Below, one piece after another: positions 1 through 10,073 of a stretch of 24,066 nt of DNA. Within the stretch, counting starts at the first letter, position 1, and every line of letters starts with the position of its first letter. The position numbers and the translations under genes are program-made. The notes beneath the pieces are model-generated. The model was not told the DNA's origin and did no database searches. It saw only the letters and a list, made by a program, of their open reading frames with translations. The stretch is from Octopus sinensis (taxonomy: Eukaryota). The stretch spans positions 1 to 24,066 of the forward strand of contig NW_021823608.1 of NCBI RefSeq assembly GCF_006345805.1, written 5' to 3'.

Positions 1-536
1 GTGTATATATAAAACTGCATTACATAAATATATATTATATATACACACATAGGTCATAGATGGTCATAAGCATGTGGACGAAATATATTAAACACGCGCA
101 TACAGATGCATAGATACACACACATATATGTATATATATACATATATCTATTTATCAATTCATACATACATACACATATACACTCAAACATAGACACACC
201 AACACACATATATGTATGTATGTATGCGTCCATGTATGTATGTTATCAAAGACGGATTTCTCGCTGGAAACATCACAGCCAAACGGCTGGTGGCTCACTG
301 ATTTGCTTGCTTGTAAAGTGACTGGCCGTATTCTAATGGCTTCATTTCCGGGGACTGCTCAGACTGTGATTTTCACTTCACGTTATTGGATTTTATATTC
401 TTATTTAGACTTCTTTAGATTTCTATCATATATAATTCAATGACTAGACTGGACAGGACGAGACATGAATGAGAGAAGGAGGTGGATCATGGATGGGGGT
501 GGGTGATGGGTGAGAGAGATTGTTAAGAATGAGAAG

Positions 537-569
<33 letters not shown>

Positions 570-1586
570 GAAAGGAGACTGAGAAATAGATAAAATTTTC
601 TTGCAATCAAAATATTTGTTGGGTGTTAGACATTTTATTTAATCTTATTTCATTTCATCTCGTCTGATGCTTAACTTAGTCAGACTTCTCTTTCCTCTCC
701 TTTTCTCTCCCTGCACAGACACACATGCATACACACGCGGACAGACAGACAGACACACACTTGTACGCACATACAGACACACATACACGCAGTCATGCAA
801 ACAGTGACACTAGGATACGAACCATCAGACTTTATGCAAACGTTCTTTATCACTCGTTAGGAGATCTGTTTCAAATAGGGCCAAACTGAAAATGCTTTTT
901 CTTCTATTTAAGGGAATTATTCTATTCCCTAAGCAATTTCTGCAACTTATGAGTCAAAAATTACCCTTCTTTAAAAAATATTTAATTTACTTACTGCGAA
1001 ACAGAGCATGACTAGAAACGTCAGTTCCTTCCTTCACCTCGTCAAGACATACAAACTGTGATTTTTCTCGATGGAGACAATCATTTCATTTTCCTATAAA
1101 TACGGTCTAAAAATGCATTGAAAAAAAAAAAAACCCACTTTAAATCTATTTTAAGCAGCGAAAACCGTTCACGATTAGTAAAATATTTTTTTGCCTCTGC
1201 AAAACCTCGTTTGGCTACAACATACACTAGAATTTGTTCAGTAAATCTCTTTTTATACGAAATCTTTTTTCTGTATGAAAACCGTTTTTTATAATATGTG
1301 ATGTTTTTCTCATTCAGCGCGTGTAAACCTCACTTTATGAAAACATACACTGTGTAATATAGGAAAACATCTGCCAAGTGGGAACATATTTTTGTAATTC
1401 TATTTTTATATTTATAGATACATAATAGAAATATTTACCTCCTATGTTAAAAAAAAACAATAAAAATTGTTTCATTCGAACAAATATATATATGTATAAA
1501 AATTAGAGTATTTTTAACCCTTTCTTCTCATTTCCCCATATGTATATATAATATAGATATATATAATATATTATATGCGTATATGT

Positions 1587-1991
1587 ACTTCTTTTACTTG
1601 TTTCAGTCATTTGACTGCGGCCATGCTGGAGCACCACCTTTAGTCGAGCAACTCGACCCGGGACTTTTTTGTAAGCCCAGTAATATTCTATCGGTCTCTT
1701 TTTGCCGAACCGCTAAGTGACGGGGAGCGTACGTAAACACACCAGCATCGGTTGTCAAGCAATGCTAGGGGGACAAACACAGACACACAAAACATACACA
1801 CACATACACATACATATATACATATATACGACAGGCTTCTTTCAGTTTCCGTCTACCAAATCCACTCACAAGGCATTGGTCGGCCCGGGGCTATAGCAGA
1901 AGACACTTGCCCAAGATGCCACGCAGTGGGACTGAACCCGGAACCATGTGGTTGGTTAGCAAGCTACTTACCACACAGCCACTCCTGCGCC
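1587..1991 (-). mobile_element. tRNA-derived SINE, family A, full length
   Basis: Reverse complement begins GGCGCAGGAGTGGCTGTGTGG (A-box-like) and contains GGTTCAGTCCC (B-box-like), an internal (TA)/(TG) microsatellite and the 3' tail GGTGCTCCAGCATGGCCGCAGTCAAATGACTGAAACAAGTAAAAG. Near-identical to the copies at 12.33, 13.17 and 18.98 kb. Confidence 0.92.
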
Positions 1992-2040
1992 TATGTATGT
2001 ATGTATGTATGTATGTATGTATGTATGTATGTATGTATGT
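1992..2040. repeat. (TATG)n microsatellite
   Basis: Perfect tandem TATG run. Confidence 0.97.
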
Positions 2041-2144
2041 GTCTATCCAGTTAACCAATTCCTAAAGCCAGTGTCCGAGAAATCAACTTCTTTTCAGTAG
2101 TCACACAACAAAAACCAGGGCAGCCCAATAGCGTTTTCCTTTTG

Positions 2145-2180
2145 CAGTGGATAGGGCAAGAATTTTCCTGATTCTCTCTT

Positions 2181-2220
<40 letters not shown>

Positions 2221-2295
2221 GTCCTTCAGTTGCAATGGCAAACACATTCCAAGGTTACCAAACCGAATAAGAACATTTCTTAACAAACAGCTGCC
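2145..2295 (+). repeat. Dispersed repeat, unclassified (copy 1; paralog at 7821-7925), with internal (TC)n expansion
   Basis: CAGTGGATAGGGCAAGAATTTTCCTGATTCTCTCT...AACAAACAGCTGCC aligns by eye with CAGTGGATATGGCAAGAATTTTCTTGCTTCTCTCT...AATAAACGGCTGCC at 7.82 kb. Confidence 0.6.
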
Positions 2296-2381
2296 GTTTC
2301 ATTTCCTGTTTTTCTTTCTCTTTCCATCTGTCTCTTGTTTTCTTTCCTTCGCCTTGACTAGCTCTCATTTAACCATTTACG

Positions 2382-2382
<1 letters not shown>

Positions 2383-2440
<58 letters not shown>

Positions 2441-2444
2441 TCCT

Positions 2445-2476
<32 letters not shown>

Positions 2477-2631
2477 TCCTTCCTTCTTCCCTTCTTTCCT
2501 TCTTTCCTTCTTTCTTTCTTTCTTTTTTCTTTCCTTCTTTCCTTCTTTCTTTCTTTCCTTCCTTCTTTCTTTCTTTCTTTTTTCTTTCTTTTTTCTTTCG
2601 TTCTTTCTTTCTTTCCTTCTTTTTTTCTTTT

Positions 2632-2660
<29 letters not shown>
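2383..2660. repeat. (CTTT)n / polypyrimidine microsatellite
   Basis: Tandem TTTC with TTCC variants. Confidence 0.95.
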
Positions 2661-2662
<2 letters not shown>

Positions 2663-2994
2663 TCAGTTCTTCTCCCCGCCTCCCGTATCCCTCCATTGAT
2701 GGCATTTCGAGTATATCACAAGAACCCTGTTTTACCTCGGGAGACGGACATAATTGTTATGATACTTTTGTTATGATACTTTTGTTGCAGCTGTTGACTA
2801 CAGACAATGGCCAATACCATTCATATGGTATTCTATCAATTGAACGCTAAGTGGTTCACAACCATTCACTGGTGGTGTTCTTCTGACGACTTGAAAACAA
2901 AAACAAAACACAATAGCTTTCTCTCTATTTTGCATAATTTAAACAATAATAAATTAAGAGAAATAACTCCCTCCCTTCCTCTCCATAAACTCTC

Positions 2995-4620
2995 CCTCCT
3001 TTTACATTTCCAGGAAACTCCCTCTTTCCCAGTCCTCGGACTTTTCAAGGATGTCCTTCCTGCCCTTCCTCTCCATTCTCCCTCTTCATGGACATTTACA
3101 GGAAGTCCCTATTCTCCCCTCCTTTCCCAGTCCTCAGACTTTTCAAGTATGTCCTTTCTCTTCTTCCCCTCTTCTCCTCTCCATAGACTTTTCCAGGAAG
3201 CCCTTTCTCTCCTTCCTTCCCGTTACCCCCACCCGTGGACTTTTCCAAGAAGTCCCCATCTTGCTCCTCGGACTTTTCTAGAAATTCCTTCCTCCCCTTC
3301 CTCCCGTGCTTGGACTTTTCCTGGACATTCCCCTCTCCCCTCCTCGGACTTTTCCAGGATGACCTTCCTCCTTTTCATCTTCCTTAACTCTCCATTCCTT
3401 GGACTTTTCTAGGAAATCCCCATCATCCTTCCACCTTTCTCCCCGCCCCTCAACCCTCTCCTTGGACCTATCCAGGAAGTCCCCATCTTCACCCCGTAAT
3501 TTTCTAGGAAGTCCTTCCTTTCTTTCCTCCCCATTCATCCCCTCGAACTTTTCCACGAAGTCCTTCCTCCCCTACATTCATCTCAACTCCCCTCCTTCGA
3601 ATTTTCCAGGAAGTTCCCTCTTTCCCCTTCCACGGACTTTTCCAGTATGTCTTTCTGCCTCTTCGTCCCCTTCGTCTCCTTCTTCCACCTCAACTCCCCC
3701 TCCATGGAAATTTCCAGAAGTTCACACCTTTTCACCTCCCTCGGACTTTTCCAGATAATTCTTTCCGCTCTTCCTCTCATTCCCACCTCTTCGGACTTTT
3801 CCAGGAAGTCCCGTTTTCACCACCTAGATTTTTCCTGGATCTCCTTCCTCCCCTTCCTCCTCTTCCTCCACATCACCTTCCCCTTCGTCCACGTCACCTT
3901 CCTCCTTTCTCCACCTCACCTTCCCCTCCTTTGATTTTTACCAGGAAACCCCCATCCTCCCCTAGGACTTTTCCAGGAAATTCCGCCTCTCTACATCCTC
4001 GGAATTTCCCAGGTAGTCCTTCCTCCCTTCCTCCTCTCAACTCTCCCTTCTTGGACTTTTCCATAAGACCCCATACTCCCCTTGGGCTTTCATAGGAAGT
4101 CCTTCACCTTCCTCACCAACACCTTCTTGGAATTTTCCAGGATGTTCCCCTCTACATCTCCTCGGACTTTTCTAGGATGTCCTTCCTCCCACTCAACTTC
4201 CCACCTTGGACTTTTCGAGGAAGTCACCATCCTCCCCCTCGGACTTTTCCATGAACCCCTTCCTCCCCTTCCTTGGGCTGTTTCAGGAAATCCCATCCTC
4301 CTCTTGAACTCCCTCCCATTCTTCCATCTCAACTCGCCCTCCTTGGATTTTTCCAGGATGTCGTTTCTCGCCTTTCTGCCTTTCAGCCCTCCTTGGACTT
4401 TTCCAGTAAGTGTTTCTTCCTACCTTCCCTTTCTTGGACTTTTCCAGGAAGTCCTTCCTCCCCTTCCTCCCTTCAACGCCCCTCCTTGGACTTTTTGAGG
4501 AAGTCCCCATCCTCCTCCTTCGGACCTTTCCAGAGAGTCCTTCTTCCATTTCCTCCCCCTCCTTGGACTTTTCTTTCCTCTCCCTCGGACTTTTCCAGGA
4601 AGTCCTCATACTCCTCCCTG
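2995..4620. repeat. Degenerate minisatellite: about 35 GGACTTTTCCAGGAAGTCC-like cores separated by pyrimidine-rich spacers
   Basis: Cores located by eye at about 3004, 3038, 3090, 3136, 3185, 3237, 3270, 3312, 3346, 3401 ... 4436, 4488, 4522, 4565, 4587; spacing mostly about 33-60 bp. Confidence 0.9.
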
Positions 4621-4639
4621 TTGCGTATAAGCTGATGCA

Positions 4640-5630
4640 GACCAACACCTGTACGAAAGATAGAGCAGGGAGGTGATCCCAGAGAGCTGATGTTCTGTGT
4701 GTGCGGAGGAACAGCTAAAGTAATGATTGGACACATCAAGAATGACCAGTGAATAAGCCGCGGGGTGCCCAAGTGGAGGAGATGCAAGACTAACCAACCC
4801 CGAAGAAGAGAAACCATTATAGTAGCAACAGAAAAGACAGAGAGAAGAAAAAAGTACTCGTGTAGAACAAAGGCTGGAGTGTGTTCATTAACGATTGAAT
4901 AGTAATTAATGAAACAACCCTTCTCTGGATGAGGCCCATGATGTCTGTGTTCGTAGTAGCAACACCATCCTAGATGTGAGGGCAATACTCCATTTTAGGG
5001 CTAGCAATGTTAAAGATTCACTTTCGCCAGGCGGGATCCTCGATGATAATGAAACCAAGCATTTGGAGCAGCTTTAAGGGCCCTAGGGGAGTGCCACTCA
5101 TGTTTAGTGAATACGTAATACAGTGTAGTATTTATATATTTTTATTGTTAAACAAAACACTGTTGGCATAACCTCACTGATTCTATTCTATCAAGGGCAC
5201 CATTTAAGGAATCAGGGCAGATTTTGTTTGTGGTGTCTCTGCTACATGTGGATGATGTTTGGTTATGGAAAGTAGGCAGGAATGAAGGGAGTTTGCATAA
5301 GAAAACAGGAGTCGGTAAGGTGGTTATTGATGTATTGAATGAAGAAAATGAGGGAGAAAAATGATCCTTGTGGAACACTAGGGGGTTGATTGGGAGTGAG
5401 AGAGAAAGTGTCCCGCCGCGATCTGATAGGAAGCTACCAATTCAAGAGATAAGAGATGAAAGATGAGTAAAGTCCGTAGACGGGAAGCTTTGATTGAAGA
5501 TCGGAATGGTAAAGACTGTCGAAAACAATGGTGATGTGGAGAGCAACAATATTGTACTCACCGCACCCTCTGCTGGCGGAAGCTGTTTTGGTGGTCACAG
5601 GGGAGAGATCAGATCCAAGGGGTTGCTGAT
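4640..5630 (-). pseudogene. Decayed non-LTR retrotransposon ORF2 (RT plus C-terminal region), CR1/L2/Jockey-group-like
   Basis: Minus-strand translations with stops and frameshifts give collinear RT motifs: CDHQNSFRQQR (SDxQYGFR), VALHITIVFDSLYH..SKLPVYG (ALDISKAFDxVWH..SKLxSYG), SVPQGSFFSP (GVPQGSVLSP), SYANS (YADD position), LQMLG..W (LxILG..LxW), PKMEYCPHI* (PxMEYxSHVW), LQPL, RTSALWDHLP (RTxxLWNxLP). Consensus motifs are recalled, not searched. Confidence 0.85.
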
Positions 5631-5634
5631 TTGT

Positions 5635-5791
5635 GGCGTTGCACTGTGATAAATAGTTTGCTTCCCAACCACATGGTTCCGGGTTCTGTCTCGCTACCTG
5701 GTACCTTGGGGAAGTGTCTTCTACTATAGCCTCGGGCCGGGCCAAATCCTCGCGAGTGGATTTGGTGGGTAGAAACTGAAAGAATCTCCTC

Positions 5792-5827
<36 letters not shown>

Positions 5828-6052
5828 CTGTGTGTGTGTGTTTGTCTCCATCGCTTCACAACCGGTGATTGTGTGTTTATCTCCCCATAACTTAGCGGTT
5901 TGGCAAAAGCGGCCGATAGAATAAGTACCTAGCTTAAATCACAAAGTAAGTGCCGGGGTCGATTCATCCGACTAAAAATTCTGTAAAGCGGTACTGCCCC
6001 AGCATGGCCGCAGTCTAATGCCTGAAACATGTAAAAGACAAGAGATAAGAGA
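5635..6052 (+). mobile_element. SINE family A, older/diverged copy, abutting the 5' end of the LINE remnant
   Basis: CCAACCACATGGTTCCGGGTTCTGTC...GAAGTGTCTTCTACTATAGCCTCGGG, internal (TA)n, and tail CCAGCATGGCCGCAGTCTAATGCCTGAAACATGTAAAAG. Confidence 0.88.
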
Positions 6053-6603
6053 TATTCGAAGTTTGAAACGTTGAAGTTTGAATCTCGGTTCAAATTGTGT
6101 CCCCGCTCGTCCTCTTGTCGAATCGGCAGACACAGAAACAACATGTCCCATCGCAGCTGCCCTTTAAATTCTACGGTCACTTTGTTATTTTAACCAACAT
6201 CAAATACTGTTTAACCCATTCAAGCCATTTGATAAAAGGCATTGTTTCACTGGATAATGCAAACTTAGATGAATAAGAAAGGATGGCTACGGTTGGAACA
6301 AATTTGATGACAGGCCTACTCAACACTGTCTGATACAGTTAAACAACAATGCATACCTTTTCCTAATGTAAAGTAAGTTAAATAAATTCGTTGACATTGC
6401 TGTTCTCGAGTCCAAAGACTGATAGGACCACTTGCACGGCTCCCATGGTATGAGTCAGTGGTTCCCAAACTTTTTTTCTCTGGGTCGCATTTTCGGAATG
6501 AAAATTAGCTCTCGCTTCACCAAATTTTATGTGATAAAAATTTGATTAAAAATTAAAAACAACAACTAATTGTGCGTTAAATATAATATTTAACACAAAT
6601 AAC

Positions 6604-7030
6604 GGATCTTTTCGGTTTGAACGGCAGTTTTTAACATAATTTCTAGGTAACTAAAATATTTTAAACTTTGTATACTGTTAGAATGTGTTTATAAAACATC
6701 TTTTTCTCTTGGCTTTATTGAAAAAATTCTATAGTTTCTAAGATATTTGTTGTTTTTTTTTCTTCAATTTCCGCAATTTCAACCAATCGATGACGTCCAT
6801 TGAGTTAAAAAGCATTCTGTGCCGTATGAATATGTCCCTCGTTTAAGAAACAGATTGGGTTTATTTACATTTGTGAAGAAAAGAAGCTACCTTTCCCCCA
6901 CCCCTAACCCTAACTAACCCTAAATCTAAAATAGATTGAAATGCAATAGATCGATTCTAGGGTCATAACTATGGGTAACAATTTCATATGACACCGCTAG
7001 AAAAAATTGCCGTTCAAACCGAAAAGATCC
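6604..7030. mobile_element. 427-bp MITE nested in the hAT element
   Basis: Perfect 23-bp TIR GGATCTTTTCGGTTTGAACGGCA at both ends and perfect 8-bp TSD CAAATAAC (6596-6603, 7031-7038). No coding capacity. Confidence 0.88.
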
Positions 7031-7072
7031 CAAATAACTTATAATACGATTAAAGAACACAAATTTGAAGCA

Positions 7073-7340
7073 AGGTATGGGCTTTTTTTTGACGAGTAAT
7101 CCCCTTTATATTCGGCCTAATTTGAGATCAGCAAATTCTCATCTCATCAACAAAAAGAAGCCTTTGCATTCTTTTTGGTTTTCGAAATTTGTCAGAACTG
7201 AAAATTCTTGTTCACAGCAATATGTCGTGGAGAACTGTAGAAGAATGGATAATGCTTCTGAAGAGACACATGGATATGGTTTCTGGTTCTTTATCCAAAA
7301 ACGACTCAATGATATTTAAAATTTTGAAACCATATTTATT
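7073..7340 (-). pseudogene. hAT transposase C-terminal dimerisation-domain remnant
   Basis: Minus-strand translation LSRFWIKNQKPYPCVSSEALSILLQFSTTYCCEQEFSVLTN, then after frameshifts VDEMRIC*SQIRPNIKGITRQKKAH. This matches the Charlie/Buster (ZBED5/ZBED8-like) motif FWxxxxxEYPxLxxxALxxLLPFxTTYLCExGFS...LSxIxP. Confidence 0.85.
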
Positions 7341-7519
7341 TTTGGCACACGAATCTTTTGAAACTGTTTCTGAACCTTTGATTGTCTTTCAATCATTCTG
7401 CCTCACCTGCTATCCTCTTCCGCCGCCCATACGAGGCGCGCCGCACCGTTTGGGAGCCACTGGTATAAGGGATCAATATCACAACTCTTCCCCACTCGCT
7501 GAACAGCATATCAGGCTTA

Positions 7520-7652
7520 TCCACTTGCAGCTAGACTGGAAAAACCTAAAGTAAGTGTTTAGCTCGAGAGTAGCACATCGCTCGGTCCGGGAATCGAACC
7601 GACTACATTGTAATCGTGAGTGTAACAGCACTCTAACCACTAGGCCACGCAT
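7520..7652 (-). mobile_element. tRNA-derived SINE head fragment, family D
   Basis: Reverse complement GCGTGGCCTAGTGGTTAGAGTG (A box) ... GGTTCGATTCCCGGACCG (B box); related to the head of the 20.16-20.47 kb copy. Confidence 0.75.
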
Positions 7653-7733
7653 TTTCCTTTTGCTATGACAAAAAGACAAATTCAGACAAGTTCAACATGG
7701 AGGAACTAAATATCTTAGAAAGTAGGACAAGCC

Positions 7734-7789
7734 ACGGCAGTGCTCCAGCATGGGTGCTAATGACTGAAACAAGTAAAAGATAAAAGATA
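7734..7789 (+). mobile_element. SINE family A 3' tail fragment
   Basis: GGCAGTGCTCCAGCATGG...AATGACTGAAACAAGTAAAAGATAAAAGATA. Confidence 0.75.
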
Positions 7790-7820
7790 AACCGGTGCAA
7801 CGTACAAACATAGCCTTGCC

Positions 7821-7925
7821 CAGTGGATATGGCAAGAATTTTCTTGCTTCTCTCTCCATTTCTGCAATTCCAGTGCCAAATATATTTTCCAACATTTCCA
7901 AACCATTCTTTAATAAACGGCTGCC
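7821..7925 (+). repeat. Dispersed repeat, unclassified (copy 2; paralog at 2145-2295)
   Basis: Same motifs as 2145-2295, and again followed by a pyrimidine tract. Confidence 0.6.
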
Positions 7926-8057
7926 ACCTCATTTCGCGCTTTCCTTCTTTCTTCTTCTTCTTTCTTTCTACTTTCCATTTTCCTACTCTTCTTTCTTTCT
8001 TTCTTTCTTTCTTTCCCCCTTCTATTTCTTGTTTCCTTGATCATCCCTACCTCCTCC

Positions 8058-8136
8058 TCCTCCTCTTCGCCATCATCATCATCATTGTCGCTGTCCTCGT
8101 CGTCATCATCACCCCCTTCATCACCAACATCATCAC

Positions 8137-8180
<44 letters not shown>

Positions 8181-8345
8181 CGATCATATGATCATTTTCA
8201 TCATCATCATTTCCAGCATCATCATCAACACCATCATCATATTCTCAGTCATCATCATTACCACCACTACTACCACGACCATGTACTCCTCCTCCTCCTC
8301 CTCCTCCCTCCCTCCCTCCCTCCCCCTCCCCCTCCTCCACCTTCT
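8058..8345. repeat. Compound (CAT)n/(CCT)n microsatellite
   Basis: Tandem CAT with CAC variants, then CCT/CCCT. Confidence 0.95.
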
Positions 8346-8419
8346 CATCATCTCAGTCCACGATGAAATTTTACACACTCTAAAACATTGTCCACAATCC
8401 CGAAAATTATATCTCACTG

Positions 8420-8718
8420 GGTTGTTGTTGTTGCTGTTGCTGTTGGTGGAGGTGGTGTTTGTGATGACTGTCATGGTAACGGTGGTTGCATTTAGGGGTG
8501 TGGCAGGGGGTAGAGTGGCGGGGTGGTGGTGGTGGTGGTGGTGCTGTTCCCATGCACGCAATATATTGACACGCACGCACGCACGCACACAACGATGACA
8601 ATGAGAAATACGACGATGATGACGATGACGGCGACGATCATGATGATACGTCGGTGATGACGAAGAGAACGACTACCAAGGCGACGATGACGACGACGAT
8701 GATGAAGAGGATGAGAAC

Positions 8719-8758
<40 letters not shown>

Positions 8759-8777
8759 GTGGTGTTGATGATGGTGG

Positions 8778-8818
<41 letters not shown>

Positions 8819-8832
8819 GTGATGAGGATGAG

Positions 8833-8863
<31 letters not shown>

Positions 8864-8935
8864 ATGATGATGGTGATGATGATGATGATGATGATGATGA
8901 TAATGATGACGATTGTGATGATGATGATGATGAGA
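8420..8935. repeat. Compound (GTT)/(GGT)/(GCAC)/(GAC)/(GAT)n microsatellite
   Basis: Direct inspection. Confidence 0.93.
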
Positions 8936-9042
8936 AAATGAATGCTGAACGACAGGCAAAGGAACATGGACGGATGGACTGCAAAATAAGAAGAAATTAA
9001 ATGCAAGATATGAACAGAAGACAGATATAGAAAAATAGAAAA

Positions 9043-9057
9043 CACACACACACACAC

Positions 9058-9101
<44 letters not shown>

Positions 9102-9120
9102 CACACACACACACACACAC
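9043..9120. repeat. (CA)n microsatellite
   Basis: Direct inspection. Confidence 0.97.
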
Positions 9121-9270
9121 AGAAAGAGGAGATAAATGCAATCTCGCCCAAAGAAAAATGACCGAAATTTGAAAAAGCCAACCATAAACTATTGAAGAAA
9201 AGAGAACACAGCAAATTTTTTTTACCTGAAGTAAAGCTATGGTAACCGTTAAATATTTCTGTCGATAATG

Positions 9271-9415
9271 AAGGCGGCAAGATGGCAGAATTGTTAGCAA
9301 GGTGGATAAAATGCTAAGAGGTATTTCTTCTGTTTTTACGTTCTGAGTTCAAATGGCACCAAGGTCAACTTTGTTTTTCATCGTTTTGATGAAATAAGAA
9401 CCAGCTGAACACCTA
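9271..9415 (+). mobile_element. SINE family B, diverged 5' fragment
   Basis: AAGGCGGCAAGATGGCAGAATTGTTAGCA...GGTATTTC...ACGTTCTGAGTTCAAAT matches the head of the 21013-21248 copy. Confidence 0.8.
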
Positions 9416-9597
9416 TTCTGTCGACTCTGGGAGACAGAAGGGACACCCCAGCCGGGGGTCTGAACTCAGCGCGTTAAGAAGAGGAATAAATACTGCGAGA
9501 TGATTTGTGCGACGCACTTAAGATGCTGACTGTAGACCACAGTGTTACTAATGATTCTAATCCAGGAAGAAGGCCAGCAATTTTTCGATGGACGGGC

Positions 9598-9762
9598 GGG
9601 AGGGAGTTGGGGGTCAGTCGATTATATCGACCCTCGTACTTGACTTTTTGCAGAAAGGCAAAATTCACCAGGCTGGGATTTGAACTCAAAACGTAAAGAA
9701 CCGGTAAATATGCTGCACGATATTTCGTCCGCCTTTCTAACGATTCAACCAATCCGCCACCA
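9598..9762 (-). mobile_element. SINE family B, diverged copy
   Basis: GTCGATTATATCGACCC...GGATTTGAACTCAAAACGTAAAG...CTAACGATTC...CCGCCACC. Confidence 0.78.
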
Positions 9763-9763
9763 T

Positions 9764-9807
<44 letters not shown>

Positions 9808-9939
9808 ACAGCAGGAAGGCCACCACCAGAAACACCACAACAATAATAATGATGATGGTGATCATGATGGAGATGATGATGATAATGATGATGACGATGA
9901 TGATGATGATGGTGATGAAGATGCTGACGACGACGACGA

Positions 9940-10001
<62 letters not shown>

Positions 10002-10019
10002 ATAATAATAATAATAATA

Positions 10020-10072
<53 letters not shown>
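9763..10072. repeat. Compound trinucleotide array (CAG)-(AAT)-(GAT)-(GAC)-(ACT)-(AAT)
   Basis: Direct inspection. Confidence 0.96.
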
Positions 10073-10073
10073 C

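Larger units (their letters stand above)
6456..7462 (-). mobile_element. Internally deleted hAT (Charlie/Buster-type) DNA transposon
   Basis: TIRs CAGTGGTTCCCAAAC (6456) and GTTTGGGAGCCACTG (7448-7462), 14/15 match. Flanking 8-mers GTATGAGT / GTATAAGG (6/8) fit a decayed 8-bp TSD. Contains a transposase remnant. Confidence 0.85.

Noticed and set aside
1900-1991. tRNA genes at SINE heads (also 13171, 18122, 21013)
   Set aside because: A- and B-box-like motifs are present, but there is no complete cloverleaf or acceptor stem and each continues into a multi-copy SINE body.
2753-2787. 15-bp tandem duplication TGTTATGATACTTTT
   Set aside because: A simple two-copy slippage duplication with no further structure.
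2995-4620. CRISPR array
   Set aside because: The context is eukaryotic with no cas genes. Repeats are degenerate, and spacers are low-complexity, of variable length and similar to one another.
3278-4985. K/E/G/R-rich or P/S/F-rich ORFs over the array
   Set aside because: They result from strand-biased composition lacking stop codons in the tandem array; frames are short and overlap on both strands.
6902-6923. True telomere or chromosome-fusion site
   Set aside because: Only about three imperfect CCCTAA units, located inside a MITE with intact TIRs and TSD.
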